Of a stretch of DNA of 64,000 nt, positions 12,033-25,620 are shown piece by piece. The position numbers and the translations under genes were made by a program. Every line of letters starts with the position of its first letter. Within the stretch, counting starts at the first letter, position 1. The stretch lies in the NCBI RefSeq assembly GCF_001194135.2, contig NC_068981.1:190051443-190115442 (forward strand). Reading direction: 5' to 3'. Under the pieces are notes generated by a model. It was given only the letters and a program-made list of their open reading frames with translations, did not search any database and was not told where the DNA came from. The stretch is from Octopus bimaculoides (lineage: Eukaryota).

Positions 12033-13570
12033 TGTATGTATGTATGTATGTATGTATGTATGTATGTATGTATGTATGTATGTATGTATGTATGTCTCTT
12101 CTATTTTTTTAATTATTATAAATCTTCCACTGAGGAGGGAGCTGGTTTCCAACAAAGAGGCAAAGCTCCATCTTTGGAATGTATTTAACACAGACAAATT
12201 CACATTTGGAACTTGAGAAAAGTCTTGCATATTTTTATTGTTCCACTCACAGATTGCACTTGTAATGTATGAATCAGCTGGTTGACTTCTCTTTCAGAAA
12301 ATCCCAGTTTATCCAGATTCTCCTTTAAGCATTTACTAACAAAACCTAGTGCTCCAATTGTTATTGGTATGAATATGAATTCATAGTCTGGATATAGAAG
12401 CTGGAGGTTTCGAAGCAGTTGTCCATAAATATCGCCTTTTTCTTTGATTTTCAAAGAGATATTTATATCTGCAGGGAAGCTGATCTCTATGATGGTACAT
12501 ACCTTTGCCCCTCTGTCCCAAACAACAATATCCGGCCTGTTATGTTTACATTTGACAGAAGTTTTGATGGGAATATTCCACCAGTATTCCTTGAGTTGGT
12601 GTTTATGAATGTATTCCATAACAGTGGGAATTTTATAAGGTTATTTCAGGACAGTCTTTTTGCGGATGGCATTGTAAATTGTTTTAGCAACAACATCGTG
12701 CCGCATAGGGAGGTAGTACCGTGACGACATTTTAGGACATCTGCTAATCACATGCTTAATGTCTTCCACAGAAACATGACATAGCCTACACATGCGGTTG
12801 CACCTTGGGATTACAAGCGTGTCACTGTCTCTCTTGTTCACCAGGTACTTTGTGGCAATCTCCTGTTCCTGGATTGCAAACGCGTAGCCTTCAATGTGTG
12901 ATGTGATGTTGTGGTCTTGTGTCCAAGAGCGGTTGCGCTTCGTGTCAATTCTACTGTCTTCTACAAGCTTCCGAGCAACATACCCATGCATGTTTTTTTG
13001 TTTTTTTTGTTTTTTTGCATACTGAGTGCTTTCCATCCAGATCTTCTCTGAGGTAAGAGAGCCCAGCTATTTTGGAGCTGCAAAGATCATCAGGAAGAGA
13101 GTGTTTCTTAAAGAGCTCACTGCCAACTTGTACAATGTTGTTCACTTCACTTTTTAGCACTCCATTAATATATTTATTTTTGCTGCTGTTGTTTAGCAGG
13201 TGCTGCCTGAGTGCTACCATACAGCATTCGAAGGCCGTCTGCAATGATCTCAGGCCTCTATCACATTCATTTCTTTCTTGGTAGAGCCTGTCAACATCAC
13301 TGTTTCTGTGGAAGTTCCCAGTTTTTGTCAGGATTTTGCGGGTTTTGATATCTATGGAGTGGGTTTCCTCTACAGACCAATCAAGTATCCCAAATGTTCG
13401 GATCAGCACTGGTACTGCAAATGCATTGTGGGATATTGTTTTGTTGTAAGAGGAGAGTTCTGACTGCCATATTTTCCTAAGTCTGGTGCAATATTCTCAG
13501 GTCACTCTATCTTTATTCACAGTGCCTTCAAATGATACATTTTCATCAATGCCTTGGTACTTGTAACGTT
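12033..13570 (-). mobile_element. 5'-truncated R4/Dong-like non-LTR retrotransposon (RT C-terminus, CCHC finger, RLE endonuclease) with (CATA)n tail
   Basis: DIKTRKILTKTGNFHRNSDVDRLY..R....RGL; CRLCHVSVEDIKHVISRC..RHD; HNRPDIVVWD...IIEISFPAD..IS.K.KEK...Y..L...IPITIGALG; stops and frameshifts; (CATA)n at 12033-12095. Confidence 0.85.
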
Positions 13571-13589
13571 TTTTGTACGTATGTATGCA

Positions 13590-13651
<62 letters not shown>

Positions 13652-14589
13652 AATATATATATACACTTACATGCACACATGCATACAGCCATACACGTAT
13701 ACATACATACATACATACATACATACATACATACATACATGCATACATAAATCCTTTTACGTTCACTTTGAAGTATTTCATTCTCCTAGTGTCTAGCAGA
13801 TAAATAACAGTGAGAAATGTGGGTCGATGTTAATCAGAGATACCCTTTCTTCAATCTTTTTTGCTGATGTTTACTATCAGAATTAAAATTCAAAATGGCC
13901 TCTCGTTATTTCGTTCTTTGAAATTTAACCTGAGATTTTTCTTAGAAAATCATAAATCTCACCGTTATTGAATCAGTAAGAGACATATTTTAATGATTAT
14001 TTTCAGTAGAGAGTTGGAAAAACAGAATCTTCATTTATCAACTATAACTAAAAATCATCAGAAAATCAATAGACAACAGCAACAATAATTTATTTTTTTT
14101 AAACGACTATCATACAATATATGATTAATTTTTCTGCTCATATTTCTAACCTACGCTGTTGTACATCTGAAATTATAAAGCAAAAACACATAGTCGTCAA
14201 AGCATTGGGAAAATTTAAATGAAGCTTAAATAAAACATCTTGAGAATGTCACGGTATTTTATTGATTGTATGCGAACATCTGGAGAATGTAAATAGATGA
14301 ATAATGTTACATAAATAACACAGACCATTGTTTGAGTGTTCCATCATCACTAAGACAATTGTTATATCTAATCTAATTCGAAAGACATAAGTAACAAATA
14401 TCTAAAATAGATACATAAATATAGTTCTAAATCATTCTATTTTCCATACCACTGAACTTTTTTACTATCATCATATAAGAATGTAACTACGTCTTACATA
14501 AACGCGGTTCAACTCAGTTGAACCTCGACTATCTATTTATCACACCAGAAAATTATTAAACATTTAAGTTATAAGATACTCATATATGG

Positions 14590-14910
14590 CGCTCGATCGG
14601 TTAAGACGGCAAGTGTTCCGGTTGATCCGACCCACGGAACAGCTTCCTCTTGATGTTAACGTGCAAGGGATTGGAGCACTCTACACACACGCATACCCTT
14701 AACGTACTTCTCAGAGAGATTCAGCTTGACACAGAATGTGACAAGGATGGCCCTTTGAAACACAGTTACAACTCTTTTCTGCCAACTGAGTGGACTGGAG
14801 CAACGTGAAATAAAGTGTCTTGCTCAAGGACACAACGCGCCGCTGTGAATCGAACTCACAACCTTACGATCGTGAGTCGAACACCCTAACCATTAAGCCA
14901 CGTACTTTCA
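14590..14910 (-). mobile_element. SINE family C/E variant, degenerate
   Basis: tRNA-like head (rc of GCGTGGCTTAATGGTTAGGG...GAGTTCGATTC) plus C-type body. Confidence 0.7.
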
Positions 14911-14955
14911 CACACGCGCGTGCATACGCACAACACACAAACACAAACACACACA

Positions 14956-14990
<35 letters not shown>

Positions 14991-15505
14991 CACACATAAA
15001 CACATTAACATCATTTTACCGCCCAATTTTCCATATGGGTTAGATGTAATTTGTTGGTGCAGACATTCTGCGGTGGGGCATCCTTCATGTCCCCAATCCT
15101 CACCTGTTTTAAAGCAAAGTAATGTTTNNNNNNNNNNNNNNNNNNNNNNNNNNNNNNNNNNNNNNNNNNNNNNNNNNNNNNNNNNNNNNNNNNNNNNNNN
15201 NNNNNNNNNNNNNNNNNNNNNNNNNNNNNNNNNNNNNNNNNNNNNNNNNNNNNNNNNNNNNNNNNNNNNNNNNNNNNNNNNNNNNNNNNNNNNNNNNNNN
15301 NNNNNNNNNNNNNNNNNNNNNNNNNNNNNNNNNNNNNNNNNNNNNNNNNNNNNNNNNNNNNNNNNNNNNNNNNNNNNNNNNNNNNNNNNNNNNNNNNNNN
15401 NNNNNNNNNNNNNNNNNNNNNNNNNNNNNNNNNNNNNNNNNNNNNNNNNNNNNNNNNNNNNNNNNNNNNNNNNNNNNNNNNNNNNNNNNNNTATATATAT
15501 ATATA

Positions 15506-16538
15506 TCAGGTCATCCCATAACTTCTGTCCGATTTTACCTTTTTTAAAATTGAATGAAATTTAATAGTATTTTAGAATGTCTAATGGAATTAAAATTCAG
15601 AAGTGGAGATTTCAGCCTTGAAGATGAAGATCGAGCAGGATGTCCAGTTGAGTTTGATGATAAGCTCCTTGAGGGATTACTTGAAGAAAATCCTACATTA
15701 TCAGTTGAAGAATTGGCAATAAAGCTTAGTTCAAACCATACAACTGTTCAGTGTCATCTTCAACAACTTGGAAAGGTTCCTAAACTTGGAAAATGGGTGC
15801 CTCATGAATTGTCCGAAAGGAACCGCAAATCTCGAGTTGACATCTGCTCTTCTCCCCATTCTCGTGAACTCATTTTACCCTTTTTGGAGAGATTTGTGAC
15901 TGGTGACGAAAAATGGATCTTCTATCGATATGTTAAATATCGTAAACAGTAGCTTCGTAAAAGGGAAAAAGCTCAACCACAACCGAGAAGGGAACTTCAT
16001 GGGGAAAAGGTTCTTCTCTCTATCTCGTGGGATTGCAAAGGAGTAATTCACTTTGAATTGTTACCACCTAATGCAACAATCAATGCTCAAGTCTACTGTC
16101 AGCAATTAGAGTGTTTGAACCAAGTTTTGAAGAAAAAAAAACCCGCTTTAGTGATGTTTCGTCAGGACAATGCGCAACCCCAAACTGCAACGATCACATC
16201 ACAGAAGATCGAAGAGCTTAGCTGAGAAAAAATTCCTCTTCCACCTTATTCTCCCGACCTTGCCCCTTCAGACTACCATTTGTTTCGTAGTTTACAGAAT
16301 CATTTGGGGGGACATAACTTTCGCAAGCCAGGAGGAGGTCGAAACTGACATTTCAGAGTTCTTTGCTTTGAAACCAAAAGAATTTTACATTGATGGGATT
16401 AAAAAGCTTGTAAATAGATGGAAGGAAGTCATAGATAATGAGGGAAAGTACATTGATGATTAAATTTCAATTAAATATAATATTTGATCCCTTCCTTTTT
16501 TATTCAAAATTCGGCCCAGAACTTATGGGATGACATTA
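15506..16538 (+). mobile_element. Mariner (D,D34D) transposon, internally deleted and pseudogenised, both TIRs present, TA target
   Basis: TIR TCAGGTCATCCCATAAC / TTATGGGATGACATTA within (TA)n; WVPHEL, VTGDEKW, QDNA, PYSPDLAPSDYHLFRSL motifs; stop at 15950 and frameshifts. Confidence 0.95.
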
Positions 16539-16741
16539 TATATATATATATATATATATTTATTTATATATGCATATATATTTCTGAATGAATAACTGTA
16601 TGTAGACAGACAGACAGACAGATATATAGATAGATAGACACATACACGCACACATGTACATAGGTGAACAGAGTGTGAAAGGAATTCGCAGATATATTTG
16701 GTAATTTTTATCAAGTAGAAACTAGAGGAATTTAGTTTCAA

Positions 16742-16978
16742 GGCGGCGAACTGGCAGAAACGTTAGCACGCCGGGCGAAATGCTTAACGGTATTTCGTTT
16801 GCCGCTACGTTCTGAGTTCAAATTCCGCCGAGGTTGACTTTGCTTTTCATCCTTTCGGGATCGATAAATTAAGTACGAGTTACGCACTGGGGTCGATGTA
16901 ATCGACTTAATCCCTTTGTCTGTCCTTGTTTGTCCCCTCTATGTTTAGCCCCTTGTGGGCAATAAAGAAATAAGAAAC
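16742..16978 (+). mobile_element. tRNA-derived SINE family A, near full length
   Basis: GGCGGCGAACTGGCAGAAACGTTAGC...GAGTTCAAATTCC...AAAGAAATAAG. Confidence 0.9.
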
Positions 16979-16989
16979 TAAATGAATTT

Positions 16990-17230
16990 TAATAAAAATG
17001 GCTGCACATATTCTCCCTAAGTTTTCTTATAATATTATTTCAATGAATCCACCTTGAGATTCGGTGACTTCTTTAATACAGGTTCGGAGTCGTTAACATG
17101 CCTATACTTATCCATTTCGGACATCATCCAAAGAATGGCAGCCTTCGTTGAAGCTATGATATTGTGAAAAAGTTGATTTGTTTCTTTCGACAACGCTCCA
17201 AATGTAGTGGTCCATGGAAATGAAATCTGG
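16990..17230 (-). mobile_element. Tc1/maT-like transposase 3' remnant
   Basis: SPPNPPDFISMDHYIWSVVER resembles the WPPxSPDLNPLDYxxW motif; ends with a GGFIE-like C-terminus. Confidence 0.6.
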
Positions 17231-18049
17231 CGGGTTTGGAGGCGACACTTCTCAATTTCCCGCCTCACCTGTAATTTTAAGCCCAAACAACAACAATCTC
17301 GATGTTTTCTCTGTCTTTGCTTCTATCTACCTCACTTCAGTATCTGCTTCATCACTCTCCCTTTCTCTCTCTTTCTTCCTGTGTCACTATTTGTCAGTCT
17401 GCCTGTCTGTTTCTTTTCCTTTCTCTTTCTCTCTGAAGAAGAACAAGTGTCCGAAACGTTAGATCTGTCTTCTTCATCATGGCATAAAATTCGTTCCACT
17501 ATTTTGTTCTTTATATAATAAGTATCCTGGTTGAAATTAAGAGCAGAAAATCTATAAAGAATAACAGTGAAATGCATTTTTGTTTGTAAATCTAAGGAGT
17601 TTCCATGACAACCAAAAAGATAAATACTTTAAATATGGCTTTAGAAAGAGATTAACATCGTAAAAATATCATGACCAAAAATCAGTGAGATATTTACTCT
17701 TGGTAATTTACCTTCTGGTTGAGACTCAGCTGTTTCTTTTTCCACTTGTAACTTAACATGATTAGGAATTTCAAAATTCCATGCTAAAATAATGTTAAAA
17801 CTGTTCAACAACTATTCAGTTCGAACTGAGAAATTCTTCTGCATGTGGACAAAAGATAAAACCGAAGAATGCTTGAGCGGTCGTTCAACCTGCTAGAAAT
17901 AATAGCAAAATATTTTTTTAACTGATTTCCAACAGTCTTAGCTGACGAGGTGACGGGAGACAACCATTAACAACGATATCGTTCTCTACCTACTCACCCC
18001 CAACTCTCTCACTCTCTCTCTTTCTCTGTCTCTCTTTCTAATTATCATC

Positions 18050-18670
18050 AGTACAGCTTTCGTAAGTAAAGATGAACTGATGACCCACTACTTTGTTACA
18101 CACCGGTGGAGTCTCAGCTCAGAGAAAATCTAATGAAAGCAATGTCACCACCTTCGAACTCACCAAAGCTATTGATTGCATCTGGTATGCGAACGTTCTA
18201 TTGAAGCTACTTTTCTGTTAGCTTCACCCGTTTCTCATCTCTCAGATAGACAGCTTCCTATCAGATCGCTCCATTGTGGTGCATTTTCCTGAAGATAGCT
18301 TTCTCCATCCCTCACTCTGTCAATAATCTACTTGCAGTCACACAACGTAAGATCTTCTTAGATGATTTTTGCCTTTCAATCCTACGTAGCGTTTCTCAGT
18401 CACACACCATCCACATCCAACTCACACATCATGTGTCAAACTTGTATTGATTCCACGAACAGAAGCCTTGAAAGAATATCCAATGAGATTGTTCCAATCT
18501 TATCTCATTCAACAGCCAGAAAACAGCATCGCACCATACACATCTGAAATATAGGCAACATCTAACTCCAGCCCTCATAATCACTTCAAATGTTGATCCA
18601 TTTCACCACAACAGACCTTCCAGGATTTCTCCTATTGAAAGTAAATCCATAGCTTAACTAGAACCGCATC
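18050..18670 (+). mobile_element. CR1/L2-like LINE reverse transcriptase relic
   Basis: FELTKAIDCIWYANVLLKL..LHPFLISQIDSFLSDRSIVV resembles D.SKAFD.VWH..LL.KL...W..SFLSDRS..V; heavily decayed. Confidence 0.6.
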
Positions 18671-18957
18671 TTGCAAACTAATCAGTCTCTTCAGGGCTTG
18701 AAAATACTGGTACTTAACTTATCGACTGCGAAAAGATGAAAGGCAAAGTCGACCTCGGCGGAATTTGAACTCAGNNNNNNNNNNNNNNNNNNNNNNNNNN
18801 NNNNNNNNNNNNNNNNNNNNNNNNNNNNNNNNNNNNNNNNNNNNNNNNNNNNNNNNNNNNNNNNNNNNNNNNNNTGTTGTTTTTTCGTATATTCTCCCAT
18901 ATATATATATATACACACACATATGTAAATACACACACACACACACACACATATATA

Positions 18958-19120
18958 TAATGGGCTTCTTTCAGTTTCCATCTACTAAATCCACTCACAA
19001 GGCTTTAGCCAGCCTGAGGCTATAGCAGAAGTCACTTGCCCAAGGTGCCATGCAGTGGGACTGAACCCAGAACCATGTGGTTGGTAAGCAAGCTACTTAC
19101 CACACAGCCACGCCTGCACC
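18958..19120 (-). mobile_element. SINE family B 5' half
   Basis: rc of GTGGCTGTGTGGTAAGTAGCTTGCTTACCAACCACATGG. Confidence 0.85.
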
Positions 19121-19689
19121 TATTCGTATATCCTCTTTAATTTACTTCTTTTTAACATTCAGAGAAAAAACAAAAATAATAATAATATGGAATTTTTGAA
19201 ACAATAAATTTTAGAAAGAAGCAGCCTATCGACTAAGTAGGTAAACATTCTTTACAGGCAACGCAAGCAAGGAAAAGGAGACATTAAACGGATGATGATG
19301 ATATCTAGATATCTATCTATCTATGATAGGGAGAGATGAATGGAAGATTTCGGTTGCAATTTGTAGCAAGTAGACTAGTCTCATAGAGGCTTGTCTTGTT
19401 GGTTCAAAGGTAATTATTTTAATACCTGTGGTGAGAGAATTATCTAAACTCTTCTGACTTGCTATTGATTTCTTTTTGATTTATGAGAAAATTGAATGTC
19501 ATCACTTATATACAGTTTTAAGCATCGGTTCTATTATAAATGTGAAATAGCTTCAATCAAGAATTTTACGAGACAAAATAGTCATGAAAGTATAGTTTAA
19601 AAAATACTTTAAAGTCAGGCACAAGTGTGGCTGTGTGGTAAGATGCTTGCTTGCCAACCACATGGTTCCAGGTTCAGTGCCATTGCATG

Positions 19690-20840
19690 GATTTCGTAGA
19701 TGGAAACTAAAAAGAAGCCTGTTGTATGTAAGTATGTATGGATGTATTTATGTATGTGTCTAATTCTTCAGTTTTATTTCAACATTTCTTGCCAATAGAG
19801 AAAGAACCGGTTTCTAAACTAAATCCACTACATGGATTTGGTAGATGGAAACTGAAAAGAAGCCTGTTGTATGTATGCGTTTATGTATTTATGTAATTCT
19901 TCAGTTTTATTTGAAGATTTCTTGCCAATAGAGAAAGAACTGGTTTCTAACCTAGATTCAAGGCTCCTTCATTGGAATTTCAACATCAACAACAGGGTAT
20001 GTTTGTTTGTATGTATATATGCATGTATGTATATGTGCAGATTTGTATGTATTGTTTTATGTATGTATACTCAAACACTACACTCTTGGAGCGATTGGTG
20101 TTAGGAAGGGCATCCAGCTGTAGGAACCTTGCCAGATCAGATTGGAGCCTGGTGCAGCCTACTGGCTTGTCAGTCAAACCATCCAACCCATGCCAGCATG
20201 AAAAGCGGACGTTAAATGATGATGACGATGAAGATAATGATAGTTGCATATTTAAACATGCTCATATGTCTATCTAAATAATAAACTTCTGGAAAGTCTC
20301 ACAGATTTTTACAGTTCCAGTGATTGATTGGATTTGTAGTCTTCGAATTAGCTTTCTCCTTTCTGGTTTTGAGAAGCCTAATTTCTCAAGATTGGTATTT
20401 AGGCAGTGTGTTACATATCCCAGGGCCCCAATAATTACAGGTATAAACCTAAACTTGTAATCTGGAAAGAGTAACTGCAGATTTCTCAATAGTTCAGCAT
20501 AGGTGTTCCCTTTCTCACTGATCTTCAGTTTCATGTTAACATCTGGTATGTATGTATGTCATTATTCAATTTATTTCAAGATATTTTGCCAATAGAGAAA
20601 GAACCGTTTTCTAACCTAGATCCAAGGTTCCTTCATTGGAATTTCAACATCAACAACCACATATTTTTGTATGTATGTATGTATATATGTATTATGTATT
20701 TATGTATGTATGTATATATGTATGTGCTGATTTGTATGTTTTATGTATGTATTCTCATGCATATAATTACATATCTAGGCATGCTCATATATATTTGAAT
20801 GATAAACTTCCAGAAATGTATGTATGTATATATGTATGTA
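19690..20840 (-). mobile_element. Head-to-tail stack of R4-like RLE retrotransposon 3' ends in (CATA)n, interrupted by SINE D (20075-20235, +)
   Basis: ORF 20274-20534 (...YAELLRNLQLL...IPVIIGALG...KICETFQKFII*). The 3'UTR block GATGTTGAAATTCCAATGAAGGA-CCTTG-ATCTAGGTTAGAAAC...GGCAA occurs at about 19880-19990 and 20555-20655, partly at 19760-19820. Confidence 0.8.
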
Positions 20841-20859
20841 TGTGTGTCTGTGTGTCTGT

Positions 20860-21090
20860 GTGTATCTGTGTCTATGTTAATTCCATCACCACCAACACTG
20901 TTTGACAACTGCTGTTGGTTTGGTTATGTCCCTGTAACTTAGCAGCTCAACAAAAGAGACCAACAACATAAGTACCAGGCCTAAAAAGACAATAAAAGGC
21001 ACTTGAATTGATTCATTTAACTAAACATTCTTGAAGGTGGTGCCCCAGTATGGCCGCAGTCAAATGACAGAAACAAGTAAGACATACAAG
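20860..21090 (+). mobile_element. SINE family B 3' half
   Basis: ...CCCTGTAACTTAGCAG-TC-CAAAAGAGACC...GGTGGTGCCCCAGTATGGCCGCAGTCAAATGAC-GAAACAAGTAA. Confidence 0.75.
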
Positions 21091-21452
21091 ATGAAAGATA
21101 AAAGTGAAAGCAACTGGTGCAGGGTTTGAACTGGTTTCGCAGAAATTATGAGATGATGAAATGAATCAGTGTTTCTCATAACTCTGGTCAATTAAGAGTT
21201 TGATGCCACTTCTTCATTAGAGGATTTTCTAATTATGAATTAATTCTCAAGATTTTAATGCAAATGATATTGAAAATGACAGAAAAGAGAGAAGGACCTT
21301 CTTATGGGACTGAACCAATCCATTTATTGCCTGCCTGGACAATTGCGTAACTAATTATTCTGGAGAAGATCTGTATCTTCTTAAATTACATTCTGTAATT
21401 TGGTTCTACCATTTTAACTTTATTGTCTCAATATGGTTTGTCACTGACTTAG

Positions 21453-21644
21453 AACTCTGTTCAATATTAGATAAAATAGCATAGCACTAAATGACAGAAG
21501 AATTGCATCATGAGAATAAAATGGCAGAGCTTAAATGGCAGATTCAAAATTATGGCATTCAGTTTCAAAAGAGAGGAGAACCAATATTTCAATCAGTAAT
21601 GTGGTTGTTTGTGAAGCAATGGATTTGTGGTTCAAATAATACAG
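21453..21644 (+). CDS. Putative exon with ATG at 21491 (MTEELHHENK...GSNNT)
   Basis: CACTGACTTAG acceptor, ACAG|GTGGGT donor, open frame after the ATG; product not recognised. Confidence 0.2.
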
Positions 21645-22960
21645 GTGGGTTTGTTACTATCTGCTTCTCTTTTCTGAATCAGATTGTTGCTTATAATATC
21701 TCATGATTTCCTAACATCCTGGCAAATGATGGCATGATGGATTTTACTTTACTGCTGCATTGCTATGAAAGAATAACAATATAGGGAGAAAGAATAAAAA
21801 GGGCTGAAGGGAAGATGACCAGGTAAAAACATCTTTGACCCTCTAACATTTAAACTGACCACATCCAGCCAAAATATTCGACCTGTTTCATGTTCAAACT
21901 ACCTACCTTACAATGTCATTTTAAATATATACAATCACATCAAGGAAATCTCAAAGCTACAAGATAATGTATGATTGATTCAAAACAAGGTGATTAAGTA
22001 TTACGTTTGATGGGGTAATCTGAATGCTACATGGTTAAGCGCATTTATTCAAAATTATCTGAAAGTGTTTCATACTTTATTTTTACATTTTATTCTTTAA
22101 TAAAGATCCCTGTTCAAAACATCAAAATTCCCATCTTTAACACATTATATTTATATTTGTGGCTTCTATTACCATTCTTTTCCTGATGCCAATTAACACA
22201 AGTTTCCTCTGACTCTAAGTTTCATTCATATCCAAACTGTTTGGTTGTTTTGGGCTCAACAATTTCATTCAGCAGACAATACCACACGGCATTTCATTCT
22301 GCACAAATACAGTCACTGTATTATCTCTTTCTTTCTTTTTAAATAATTTACACGAATCACCTCTTGTTGATGGTTGATAATAATAAATATTGTGACAGTA
22401 ATAAATATTATCGGTACGTAAAATACTGTCTAATTTACCAACTAGTTCTGAATTTTGAAACCACATCAGACAAAATATTTCGTTTTCTGTCAGAAAAGCT
22501 GATTGCCAATTTGTGAAATGTAAAGATTCTTATGATGAAACTGTGTTAAGTCATTTTATTCTACAAGTATTTTCTCTATGAATGATGGTAACAATAACAA
22601 GTTAACGACTGATAGCTGCCTCCCTTGAGGTTGTCCGATATTTCTCCAAATGTTATGGAAAGTTTATTTCTCTGCCTCCTTGCTTCCTGTTTCTTCTTTT
22701 AGAAAGAAAAATGAAAGAAGAAAGAAAAAAAAAAAAATCAATGCGACTTGTATAAATTATTTTGTGTCTTTATTTGTTAAATTTTCCTTTTGGGAAAATT
22801 TTTGTCTGTGTCAAAGCAGAAATATAACAAATCATTGTTGGTGTATCATGTTGGAATTGAAATCAGCTTGATAGCTGGACATTCCTCTGCCTGGGGTGGG
22901 GTTTGGGTGGGCGGGTGGAGGGCAATGAAACTGATACCGGTAATATATGTGATACTGAAT

Positions 22961-23475
22961 AGACTGCACAGCTTTATCCTACTAGATCAGGGGTTCCCGC
23001 TCAAGCAAATATATAAATAGATTTATAATCGTCATCATCATCATCATAATTCCCACCGCCACTGCCATCACCACAGCCACCGGAGCGGAGCCATCATCAT
23101 CATCATCATCATCATCATTCCCACCACCACTACCACTGCTGCCATCACCACAGCCACTGCAGCCATTATCATCACCATCATCGTCATCATCATCATCATC
23201 ATCATCATAATTCCCACCATGGTGGTGGTGGGAATGATGAAGATGATGATGATGATGACGACAACAATGATGAGGATGATGATGTTGATGTTGATGTTGA
23301 TGATGATGGCTGTGGTGGCCGTGTCAATGGTTGTGGAGGTGGTGGTGGTGGGAATTATGATGATGCTAATGATGATGATGATAATGATGATGATGATGAT
23401 GATGATGATGATAAATCTATTTATATGTTGCTTGAGTAGGAAGCCCTGATCTAATAGGATAAAGCTGTGCAGACT
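22961..23475. repeat. About 515-bp palindrome with (CAT)n/(ATG)n core and unique about 65-bp outer arms
   Basis: AGACTGCACAGCTTTATCCTACTAGATCAGGG...AAATAGATTTAT mirrored by ATAAATCTATTT...CCCTGATCTAATAGGATAAAGCTGTGCAGACT; axis near 23220. Confidence 0.9.
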
Positions 23476-23689
23476 GTTACAAGAACACAGTGGTCCTCAA
23501 CCAGTTTCTGTCCCCTGTGGACCCCTTTCATTCCTATTTTATTCAACTGGACCCTCACAGCCATTCAATGAAGAAAATATTTTAGCAAATTAAATTTAAA
23601 TGTTGAAGTGAATCTAATGGTTTTTGTGTGTTTTTAAATGGCTTATAAACACCTTCAATGCTGCATTTGTATATATATATATTCATTTT

Positions 23690-23741
23690 TTTATCTAGTT
23701 TCAGCTCATGAGCTGTGGCCATGCTGGGGCACCACCATTAC

Positions 23742-23774
<33 letters not shown>

Positions 23775-24300
23775 GTATGTATATGTTTTGTGTGTCTGCG
23801 TTTGTCCCCACACCATTGCTTGACAACCAATGTTGGTGTGTTTACATCCCTGTAACTTAGCAGTTCAGCAAAAGACACCAATAGCATAAACTAACAAAGA
23901 ATAAATCCTGGGGTCAATTTGTTCGACTAAAGGTGGTGCACCAACATGGCCACAGTCAAATGACTGAAACCAGTAAAAGAATGAAAGAATAAAAGAGAAG
24001 AAAAGAATAAAGCACTTTGTGAAGTGGGGTGTGGGTGGGGTGGACTGAGCAGGGACAACATAAGGTTGAGAAGGGTTCTTTAGATTTGTTGAGGGTAAGA
24101 AAACATCTGGGGGTTTGCACCATGGCAAAGATGCACCCAGTAGACTTTGTAATAAGGAAGGGCATCCAGTGGTAGACGCTGAGTAAAAACCAAGAGACTG
24201 GAGCACAATATGGTGTGCTTATCTGCTGGATTTTGGCAAACCATCCACTTCATGCCAGCAAGGAAGATGAATGTAAAATGATAATGATGATGATGATGGT
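23690..24300 (+). mobile_element. Cluster of SINE B and SINE D fragments
   Basis: B 3' half at 23800-23990; D-like tail at 24100-24300 ending in (GAT)n. Confidence 0.7.
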
Positions 24301-24699
24301 GATGATGACAATGACAAGGAGGAGATGGAGGAAGAGGAGGAAGAAGAAGAAGATGATTTAAGGCTTTAGAAAATCCATACCAATGCTTAAGTATTTTGGA
24401 AAATATGTTATTCAATAATTCTGTTAGCCACAAATATGATTAATGTAACAAGATAAGCCATTATTTTCTTTATATTTTTTTTTCTTAATTTTTAACTTTG
24501 AAATTTTTCTTTTTAACTTGTCCTGCAGATTTTGCCAGCAGATTTTTGCTTCATTTCCAGTGTGTCATAAAGTGAAAAAACAAAACAAAAAAGATATCAG
24601 AAACCACTTGACTAGACTACATATAATCATCATTACAGATATTAATTACATACAATAATCATTATGTACATTATCTTCTAGATTATAATTCTTTCTGCT

Positions 24700-24895
24700 A
24701 TAGGTCCAAGGCCGAAATTTTGGGGGAGGGAGCTAGTCGATGAGATCGACTCCACTACGCAACTAGTACTTAATTTATTGACCCCGAAAGGACAAAAGGC
24801 AAAGTTGATCTCGGCGGAATTTGAACTCAGAACGTAAAGACAGATGAAATACTGCAAAGCATTTCACCCGGAGTGCTAACGTTTCTGCTAGCCTG
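24700..24895 (-). mobile_element. SINE family A
   Basis: CCCCGAAAGGA--AAAGGCAAAGTTGATCTCGGCGGAATTTGAACTCAGAACGTAAAGAC. Confidence 0.85.
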
Positions 24896-25394
24896 CTGAC
24901 TTCGAGGCCTTTCCGAATGCCAACCCCTTTACAGAGTGTACTGGATATTTTGTCTCATACCCCCAGCACCAGAGAGGCCACCAAGTAACTTGCAAGACAA
25001 GACTCCGCTCAACTGAGTGGGGGAGGTCTAAGTTAAATACGTCAAAAAAGGGGTCGGTGTACCTGAATACTTGAATTCTGAAAGCATAAAACGTCTATTG
25101 GAGAAATACTTTACTCTAATGTAAATATCTGTTTAGTAATGACTTCGTATTAAGGTTAAATTTCAGATGGTTAGTTGTGATAGCTTTGTGGTTAACTCTC
25201 TGCTGTTTAAAGAGATTTATATGAACCTTGTTTTATTATACTTGCTATTATTATGACTCTTTAGCAGTGATTAGACTTGTTAGAATGTAGGTTTTGATTT
25301 ATACATGGTTCGAGTAAAAATTAACTATCTTCTTAGGGACGCATAATAAGTCTACCTTCCATCATATTTTGTTGTTGTATATCTTAAAATATAA

Positions 25395-25620
25395 AAATGC
25401 ACCCTTTTAAAGCCTAGCCAGGCTCATGGGCCCGGTTTCAATGGCGTATGTGTTTCCCAGCCAGTCCATCGCACGTTACTCATTTTTGCCAGCTAAGCGG
25501 ACTGGAGCAACGTGAAACGAAATGTTTTACTCAAGAACACAACGCGTCGCCCGGTCCAGGAATCGAAACCACAATCTTGCGATCATGATGCTGACACCCT
25601 AACTACTAAGCCAAGGGCCG
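25395..25620 (-). mobile_element. SINE family E
   Basis: tRNA-like head rc (GGCTTAGTAGTTAGGGTGTCAGC...GGTTTCGATTCC) plus AAGCCTAGCCAGGCTCATGGGCCCGG tail. Confidence 0.8.
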
